Shown here: positions 6,275 to 14,832 of the stretch, piece after piece | Layout of the letters: the number at the start of each line of letters is the position of its first letter | How positions within the stretch are numbered: the first letter of the stretch is position 1 | Virus record (IMG/VR): IMGVR_UViG_2703719369_000026 | Source: a virus | Taxonomy: Duplodnaviria; Heunggongvirae; Uroviricota; Caudoviricetes | DNA length: 14,832 nucleotides | Direction: 5' to 3' (one strand) | The notes under the pieces: generated by a model | Databases searched by the model: none | Told to the model about the DNA's origin: nothing | The model's input: only the letters and a program-made list of their open reading frames with translations | Position numbers and translations under genes: made by a program

Positions 6275-9097
6275 ATGACGGCAGAGTACATCAGGGACTG
6301 GCAACAACCGCGCCACGCAGTGGGGCGTGAAGGAACGGGGATCCCCGCTCCTGAATCCGCGCTTTCCTCCTGGCTGGATGCCTACCGGGTAGAGAACGAG
6401 CGCCGCCAGGAAATGGCTGATGCGGCGTTCTCCGCAACGCCGCTGGGCAACCTGATTAATAAAAGCCTGGACGCACAGGAAAAACAGGACAAAACCATCA
6501 CACTGGCAGGAGACGCCAGAAAACAGGCACGCGGTGCGGTGGATGAAGCCATGGCCTCGCTGCGCCTGCTGCCGTCCTATCTGCGCGATCCGCTTATTCG
6601 CCACCTCTCCTTCCTGCGCAAAAAACAGGAAGCCGATCGTCAGAAAGGCAAAAAGAGCTGGCAGGCTGAACGCTACGCGCGCGGAAACCTGCGCAAAATA
6701 TTCGAACGTCTGGAGCGCACCGATCACCGCTGGCTGACACAGGGTTATCGCTCCCTTGCCGGACGCGAACGCCTGGACGATTTGCTTTACCTGCCGCAGC
6801 TCAACAAACACCAGATACAGACGCTGGCCACCATGACGGCGGCGATGTTCAGCAGCACCTTCGAAAAACTCTGCGATGGCTTTGGCGCGACCGATGGCGA
6901 ACTGACCATGGATGTAACGCTGAAGGCGTATCAGATGCTGGCCCGCATGGCGTTACACCTGCACGCCATGCCTCCACATTATGACGCACTGACAACAGAC
7001 AAAGACCGGAGGAACGAACCGGACACGGAGCTGCTGCCGGGCGCAATCCTTCGCCTGACCTGTGCGGAATGGTGGAAACGCAAACTGTGGCTGTTACGTT
7101 GCGAGTGGAGAGAAGAACAACTCCGCGCCGCCTGTCTGGTTTCCAGAAAAACATCGCCCTATCTGAGCCAGGACGCGTTAAGCGAGTTTCGCGCACAGCG
7201 CGAGAAAACACGCGATTTCCTGAAAAGTTTCATGCTGGAAAACGAAGACGGGTTCACGATTGATCTCGAGACAGTGTATTACGCGGGAGTAAGTAACCCG
7301 GTTCACCGTAAGGCAGAAATGATGGCCACCATGAAGGGGCTGGAACTTCTGGCCGAAGCCCGTGGCGACAAAGCGGTGTTTCTGACTGTCACCTGCCCGT
7401 CAAAATACCACGCTACAACAGAGAACGGTCATCCGAATCCCAAATGGAACGGGGCCACCATGCGCGACTCCAGCGATTACCTGGTTAACACGTTTTTTGC
7501 GGCGGTCCGCAAGAAACTGAACCGCGACGGCCTGCGCTGGTATGGCATCCGCACGGTGGAGCCTCACCATGACGGCACCGTGCACTGGCATATGATGGTC
7601 TTTGCTCATCCGGAAGAAATCGACACCATTGTGTCCCACACCCGCGATATTGCCATTCAGGAAGATCGTCACGAGCTGGGCGATGATATTACTCCGCGCT
7701 TTAAGGCGGAGTATGTCGACGGCTCAAAAGGCACGCCAACCAGCTACATCGCCACCTACATCGGAAAAAACCTGGACAGCCGCGCCGTGGATGGCATCGA
7801 CCCGAAAACAGGCAAACCACGCGTTGACCACGAAACCGGAAAATCAATGACCGAGAGCGTGGAACGCGCCATTGGCTGGGCGCGCCTTCACCGGGTCCGC
7901 CAGTTCCAGTTCTTTGGCATCCCCTCCCGTCAGGTGTGGCGTGAACTGCGTCGCCTTGCCAGCCAGATGGCACGCAACCCGGAAGGCCCGCAACGGCTGA
8001 AGGATGACGCAATGGATGCGGTTCTTGCTGCCGCTGATGCCGGATGTTTTACCACCTACATTGAGAAACAGGGAGGCGTACTTGTTCCACGCAAGGACTA
8101 CCTGATTCGCACCGCCTACGACCTCGCAGATGAGCTGAACGATTACGGCGAACAGAGCGTACAGATTTACGGGATCTGGTCACCACTCATCGGGGAATCC
8201 TCCCGTGTGTGCACGCACCCGGATAACTGGAAGCTGGTAAGACGTAAACCGGGAGTAGAAGACAGCGCCCGCGAAAATGGTTTTGACCTTCAGGGCGGCC
8301 CTGCCGCCCCTTGGACTCGTGGCAATAACTGTCCCCGTGTACAGGAAACGGACAACAACGGGACAGAACAGCCGGAAGAACGGCCAGCACCGTGGCCGCA
8401 GCTTCCTGACGGCGTTGACGTGAACGAATGGATGCGCTCACTGAAACGGCACGAACGCCGGGCGCTGATGCGTTCGCTTCGTGACAAACAGGCAAAAAAC
8501 AGCAGTGATGAAATGCAGAGCTGGACACAGAGCCGCAAACAGCAGCGGCCTTTGCCTGATAACCACGAATTACTCGCTAAAGAATGGCGGGAGTCTGCTG
8601 AATCTCTCGGCCTGCATATCGGTGAACAACAGATGCAGCACCTGTTACGGGGCGGCAGTCTGTACGTTGACGGCAGCATCATTGCACCGCAGGGATTTGA
8701 AATTGTACGCAAACCGGATACCCGCCCGGACAGCCGAATCACGCAGCTCTGGCAGCGCCTGAGCCGTAATCATGGCGTAAGCAGCACGGAGATCCGCCAT
8801 AACCCGGTCGCCAGCTATCTGGCACAGCTGGGGGCATCAGACCCTGAAGCCGCCGCACGCCTGGCATCCACACTTCAGCAGGACCAGAACACCATGAAAA
8901 CACCCGTTACCGTGCTTTCTGACATGCTGCGCGCCATCCGCGACGCAGAGCACGCACAGAGAATCAGTGAAACCACTGAACGCGCCAGCCGCAAAGCAGA
9001 CCTGCTGCGGGGTGGCCTGACCAGTGGAAACAAAAAACAGACAGAAACGGGACTCACAAATCCCGTAAATGAGCAAAAAACGCGCCGCGATATATGA
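6275..9097 (+). CDS. Rolling-circle replication initiator/endonuclease, phiX174/P2 gpA superfamily
   Basis: 940 aa. HUH motif VHWHMMVF encoded at about 7580-7603, and a paired-tyrosine active site SYIATYIGK (YxxxY) with the tyrosine codons at 7745-7747 and 7757-7759. It is about 180 aa longer at the C-terminus than the roughly 760-aa P2 A protein. Confidence 0.88.
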   Translation: MTAEYIRDWQQPRHAVGREGTGIPAPESALSSWLDAYRVENERRQEMADAAFSATPLGNLINKSLDAQEKQDKTITLAGDARKQARGAVDEAMASLRLLPSYLRDPLIRHLSFLRKKQEADRQKGKKSWQAERYARGNLRKIFERLERTDHRWLTQGYRSLAGRERLDDLLYLPQLNKHQIQTLATMTAAMFSSTFEKLCDGFGATDGELTMDVTLKAYQMLARMALHLHAMPPHYDALTTDKDRRNEPDTELLPGAILRLTCAEWWKRKLWLLRCEWREEQLRAACLVSRKTSPYLSQDALSEFRAQREKTRDFLKSFMLENEDGFTIDLETVYYAGVSNPVHRKAEMMATMKGLELLAEARGDKAVFLTVTCPSKYHATTENGHPNPKWNGATMRDSSDYLVNTFFAAVRKKLNRDGLRWYGIRTVEPHHDGTVHWHMMVFAHPEEIDTIVSHTRDIAIQEDRHELGDDITPRFKAEYVDGSKGTPTSYIATYIGKNLDSRAVDGIDPKTGKPRVDHETGKSMTESVERAIGWARLHRVRQFQFFGIPSRQVWRELRRLASQMARNPEGPQRLKDDAMDAVLAAADAGCFTTYIEKQGGVLVPRKDYLIRTAYDLADELNDYGEQSVQIYGIWSPLIGESSRVCTHPDNWKLVRRKPGVEDSARENGFDLQGGPAAPWTRGNNCPRVQETDNNGTEQPEERPAPWPQLPDGVDVNEWMRSLKRHERRALMRSLRDKQAKNSSDEMQSWTQSRKQQRPLPDNHELLAKEWRESAESLGLHIGEQQMQHLLRGGSLYVDGSIIAPQGFEIVRKPDTRPDSRITQLWQRLSRNHGVSSTEIRHNPVASYLAQLGASDPEAAARLASTLQQDQNTMKTPVTVLSDMLRAIRDAEHAQRISETTERASRKADLLRGGLTSGNKKQTETGLTNPVNEQKTRRDI

Positions 9098-9173
9098 AGC
9101 GCGCACAAAACAGGCAAAAGCGGGATTTAAAAATCCTGTAACCGATTAATTAATCAACATAAGGAAAAGCGAC

Positions 9174-10133
9174 ATGAAAATTTGTATCGACGACGGCTCC
9201 ACCAACATCAAGCTGGCATGGACTGAGAACGGCGAACGCCGCAACGCCATCAGCCCGAACAGCTTCAAGTCGGAATGGTCTGCGCCATTCGGTGGCACGC
9301 AGCCCGCGAACTACATGCTTGATGGCGTGCGCTATGGTTTTGATCCGGTCAGCGATCGCTTTGTCCAGACGACCGACACGCAATACCAGTACAGCGATGT
9401 GAATGTAATTGCCATTCATCACGCGCTGGTCAAATCAGGCATCACACCACAGGAAGTGGATGTGGTTGTCACCCTGCCACTGAGCGAGTATTTCGATACA
9501 AACGCACAGCCGGACATGGCCAACATCAACCGCAAAAAAGCGAACGTCATGCGCCCGGTGGAGTACCAGAACGGCGAAGCATTCACTATCCGTAACGTAC
9601 GGGTTATGCCTGAATCCATTCCTGCTGGCTTTAAGGCACTGGCTGACATGAGTCCGTTTGAATCCCTGCTGATTGTGGATTTGGGCGGAACCACGCTGGA
9701 TGTGGCAAAGGTTCAGGGGCAACTGGCAGGTATCAGCCAGGTGTTTTGCGATCCACACGTAGGCGTTTCTCTGATGGCCGATGCCGTACTGTCGGTGATG
9801 GCCACTAACGGTATGCGCACCAGTCACCACATCGCCAATACCATTATCGAACATCGCCATGATGAAGCCTGGCTGCGCCAGCACATCCACAATGACGCGC
9901 ATTACGCCAGCCTGATGGCGGTTATTCGTGAAAAGGAAGAAACACTGAAACAACGCGTGATCCGCGCGCTGGCGGTTTTTTCGGGTTACGGGCGGGTGAT
10001 GGTTGTCGGTGGCGGGGCGGAGATTGTGGCAACCGCTATCCGCGAAGCCTGCGGAGTTAATGCGACTTTCATCGCGGACGGGGTGCCACAGTTTGCTCTG
10101 GTTAATGGGTTGTACGCAATGAACAAGGAGTAA
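9174..10133 (+). CDS. parM: ParM/StbA actin-like segregation ATPase (type II partition)
   Basis: 319 aa, alignable by eye along its full length to R1 ParM. Actin-fold motifs are present: IDDGSTNIKL (phosphate-1), VDLGGTTLD (phosphate-2) and VVGGGAE. AAGGA ribosome-binding site. Confidence 0.92.
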   Translation: MKICIDDGSTNIKLAWTENGERRNAISPNSFKSEWSAPFGGTQPANYMLDGVRYGFDPVSDRFVQTTDTQYQYSDVNVIAIHHALVKSGITPQEVDVVVTLPLSEYFDTNAQPDMANINRKKANVMRPVEYQNGEAFTIRNVRVMPESIPAGFKALADMSPFESLLIVDLGGTTLDVAKVQGQLAGISQVFCDPHVGVSLMADAVLSVMATNGMRTSHHIANTIIEHRHDEAWLRQHIHNDAHYASLMAVIREKEETLKQRVIRALAVFSGYGRVMVVGGGAEIVATAIREACGVNATFIADGVPQFALVNGLYAMNKE

Positions 10134-10137
10134 ACCA

Positions 10138-10452
10138 ATGACGACACCAACCAGACGGATAAGTTTCTATCTGAAGCCCGCCGCCGTCAAGAGTGAACAG
10201 GAGGCGTGCAATTACCTCGATAGCCTGCCAGCCTCCGAACGCAGCCGCGCGCAACGCGCGGCCTTTCTGGCTGGGCTAGCACTCATAAAGCGCAACCCAG
10301 CATTTGCCTACTGGATGGCCGAATGGCCAGAGGACAACCTCCCCTTCAATACCGTTAGCATCAAGGAAACATACCAGGCTAATCAGCCTAGCGGAGTTGA
10401 ATGCAATTTTTATAAAATAAAAAAGAATATTCAGACCTTATTCCCAGAATAA
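10138..10452 (+). CDS. parR: ParR/StbB centromere-binding adaptor
   Basis: 104 aa starting 4 nt after the parM stop. The N-terminal RHH region (ISFYLKPAAV ... LDSLPASERSRAQRAAFLAGLAL) matches the R1 ParR pattern. Confidence 0.85.
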   Translation: MTTPTRRISFYLKPAAVKSEQEACNYLDSLPASERSRAQRAAFLAGLALIKRNPAFAYWMAEWPEDNLPFNTVSIKETYQANQPSGVECNFYKIKKNIQTLFPE

Positions 10453-10471
10453 TCTGATAATTGTATGTGAA

Positions 10472-10926
<455 letters not shown>

Positions 10927-10979
10927 TAAAGTTATGTTCCTGACGTATGTATTCGTCCCGCAGGAATCAACCAACTGAT

Positions 10980-11369
10980 TTATCTGAATTTATCATGCCC
11001 CTCAACTCTGATTTTATTCATCTTGTTTACCGAATCGGGTATATCTGATAACTGTCCCGATAAGACTTTTTGTTTCGCCAGCATAATCTCTTTTTCAAGC
11101 TTTTGAAGTTCTTTTATATAGTCATTCTTCCCTTCTTCATCAGCCGGTGAAATGCTCTCAGGAAGACGCTTCATTGACTCATCTACAGCATCATCCATTC
11201 TGTCAAGAGCTTCAAGAAGCTCCTTTTTATCCATTGATGACTGAAGTACACTCATATTCCTTGCAAGAACTTGCATGCTTTCATCAAGTTCTTCTGCCAC
11301 TGTAATCCCCCCACACAAAAAATATAATGCCATACCACAGCTGATTATAACTTTATTGCTTTTCTGCAT
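10980..11369 (-). CDS. cybC: Cytochrome b562 family protein (periplasmic, four-helix-bundle haem protein)
   Basis: 129 aa with a signal peptide. A Met near the mature N-terminus (AEELDESMQVL) and a C-terminal His (EGHDKFR) parallel the Met and His haem ligands of E. coli cytochrome b562. AAGGAG ribosome-binding site. Lies 43 nt downstream of the catalase-peroxidase gene. Confidence 0.75.
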   Translation of the reverse strand: MQKSNKVIISCGMALYFLCGGITVAEELDESMQVLARNMSVLQSSMDKKELLEALDRMDDAVDESMKRLPESISPADEEGKNDYIKELQKLEKEIMLAKQKVLSGQLSDIPDSVNKMNKIRVEGHDKFR

Positions 11370-11381
11370 AATTTCTCCTTC

Positions 11382-11404
11382 ATGAGGGAGGTGCCCTCCC
11401 TCAT
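11382..11404 (-). other. Intercistronic stem-loop between the catalase-peroxidase and cytochrome b562 genes
   Basis: Perfect 9-10 bp inverted repeat (A)TGAGGGAGG-tgc-CCTCCCTCA(T). It is not followed by a U-run on the coding (minus) strand, so it is unlikely to be an efficient intrinsic terminator. Confidence 0.5.
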
Positions 11405-11412
11405 CAGTTTTA

Positions 11413-13638
<2,226 letters not shown>

Positions 13639-13799
13639 TTAAGGGAAATTCGCATGTTGTATACAAAAGTCAACTTTATTGATGCAACAGGATATACCTA
13701 TTGCTGGGATAGATACTACAGACAAAAAATACTAAGGGGTTCCAAGCCGCAACTGACGATGCCGTTGAGTTCTGCGCAGACCTGAATATTCCCTTCTTT

Positions 13800-13985
13800 G
13801 TGGATGTCAGAAACAAAAAGCTGGTCTTCTGGTTTGTACGTGTTGATGACGAAGGGTATCCTGAAATAGCCCGCTGCACGGAGCGGGAGTTTGCGACCAT
13901 TCTTGCCGGTATCAGCGCCGGCGGCATGTACTGCCCGGAGTGTGGCACGGTTCACTGGCCGGACGGAGTTCCCCCGCCCTTCTGA
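13800..13985 (+). CDS. Hypothetical small ORF, possibly an IS91-family accessory ORF remnant
   Basis: 61 aa from a GTG start. The open frame extends upstream to 13713 without an ATG. Its stop overlaps the ATG of the IS91-like transposase (TGATG). Confidence 0.3.
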   Translation: MDVRNKKLVFWFVRVDDEGYPEIARCTEREFATILAGISAGGMYCPECGTVHWPDGVPPPF

Positions 13986-14420
13986 TGCTTCCCCGTTTTG
14001 CCGACATTTTTCAGCAGGGAAACCGCTGGCTTAACTGGCTGGAGAAACAACCGGAAGGTTCAGTGCGTCCGGTAGTCATTGAGTCTGTGACAAAAATCAT
14101 GGCCTGCGGGACCACGCTGATGGGGTACACACAGTGGTGCTGTTCATCTCCGGACTGCAGCCACATAAAAAAGGTCTGCTTCCGGTGTAAAAGTCGCTCC
14201 TGCCCGCACTGCGGAGTGAAGGCTGGCGCACAGTGGATACAGTATCTGCTGAGTCTGGTTCCCGACTGTCCGTGGCAGCATATTGTGTTCACACTTCCCT
14301 GCCAGTACTGGTCCCTGGTGTTCCACAACCGGTGGTTACTGGCAGAGATGAGCCGCATTGCTGCGGATGTGATACAGGAAATCTGCCGCCAGGCAGATGT
14401 GCGACTACGAACTCGAACCA
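13985..14420 (+). pseudogene. IS91-family (rolling-circle HUH-Y2) transposase, N-terminal fragment only
   Basis: N-terminal zinc-binding region typical of IS91 TnpA (VRPVVIESVTKIMACGT ... CSHIKKVCFRCKSRSCPHCG). The frame then gives way to IS3-family orfB sequence near 14420, so the catalytic HUH/Y2 domain is absent. Confidence 0.7.
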
Positions 14421-14424
14421 CAAT

Positions 14425-14832
14425 CTGCCAGTTGCGCCAAATCTGCTGAACCAGACGTTCGCTCCTGCAGCACCAAATCAGGTCTGGGTGGCGGACCTGA
14501 CGTATGTTGCCACACAGGAGGGATGGTTGTACCTCGCTGGCATCAAAGATGTTTATACGTGCGAAATTGTCGGCTACGCCATGGGAGAGCGCATGACAAA
14601 AGAGCTGACAGGTAAAGCCCTGTTTATGGCGCTCAGGAGCCAGCGCCCACCTGCCGGGCTAATCCACCACTCTGATCGAGGTTCACAGTACTGCGCATAC
14701 GATTACCGGGTCATACAGGAGCAGTTTGGTCTGAAAACATCAATGTCGCGTAAAGGTAACTGTTACGACAACGCTCCGATGGAAAGCTTCTGGGGAACGC
14801 TGAAAAATGAGAGCCTGAGCCACTATCGTTTT
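14425..14832 (+). pseudogene. IS3-family transposase orfB internal fragment, continuing beyond the window
   Basis: Hand translation in frame 1 gives NQVWVADLTYVATQEGWLYLAGIKDVY ... LIHHSDRGSQYCAYDY ... CYDNAPMESFWGTLKNE, a DDE integrase core. There is no upstream orfA or inverted repeat. The sequence differs from the IS629-like copy at 10484-10926. Confidence 0.8.

Noticed and set aside
5738-6811. 357-aa ORF on the minus strand
   Set aside because: It runs antisense across the 5903-6268 gene and the start of the replication initiator in GC-rich DNA, has no ribosome-binding site and has a low-complexity Ala/Arg/Gly composition. Most likely a spurious open frame.
6849-8742. Several minus-strand ORFs (90-150 aa) inside the replication initiator gene
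   Set aside because: They are antisense to a gene with clear catalytic motifs and are typical GC-rich shadow ORFs.
9098-9173. R1-like parC iteron array upstream of parM
   Set aside because: I looked for tandem 10-11 bp direct repeats and found none; only palindromes and A-tracts are present, reported as a finding instead.
9419-9953. Minus-strand ORFs antisense to parM
   Set aside because: The plus-strand ParM reading is supported along its full length, so these are shadow frames.

Overview
This 14.8 kb window is a mosaic mobile region with three parts. (1) Positions 1-9097 look like a P2/186-type early region on an integrative element: a tyrosine integrase sits last in a leftward operon that starts with an XRE-family HTH repressor and carries two extra genes between repressor and int (a tail-anchored membrane protein and a small secreted protein). 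A rightward operon of small genes (RHH protein, Cox/Xis-like HTH, several ORFans) ends in a 940-aa rolling-circle replication initiator of the phiX174/P2 gpA type. (2) Positions 9174-10452 encode a type II actin-like partition pair, ParM and ParR. (3) Positions 10472-14832 are IS-scarred cargo: an IS629/IS1203-like remnant containing a 44-N scaffold gap, a periplasmic catalase-peroxidase (KatP/KatY type) with a cytochrome b562 gene, a truncated IS91-family transposase, and a second IS3-family transposase fragment running off the window. No tRNA, rRNA or CRISPR array was recognised. The best candidate for an undescribed system is the repressor-linked three-gene module next to int, whose first two proteins share a conserved peptide motif across their gene junction. 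All family assignments are from reading motifs by eye without database searches.
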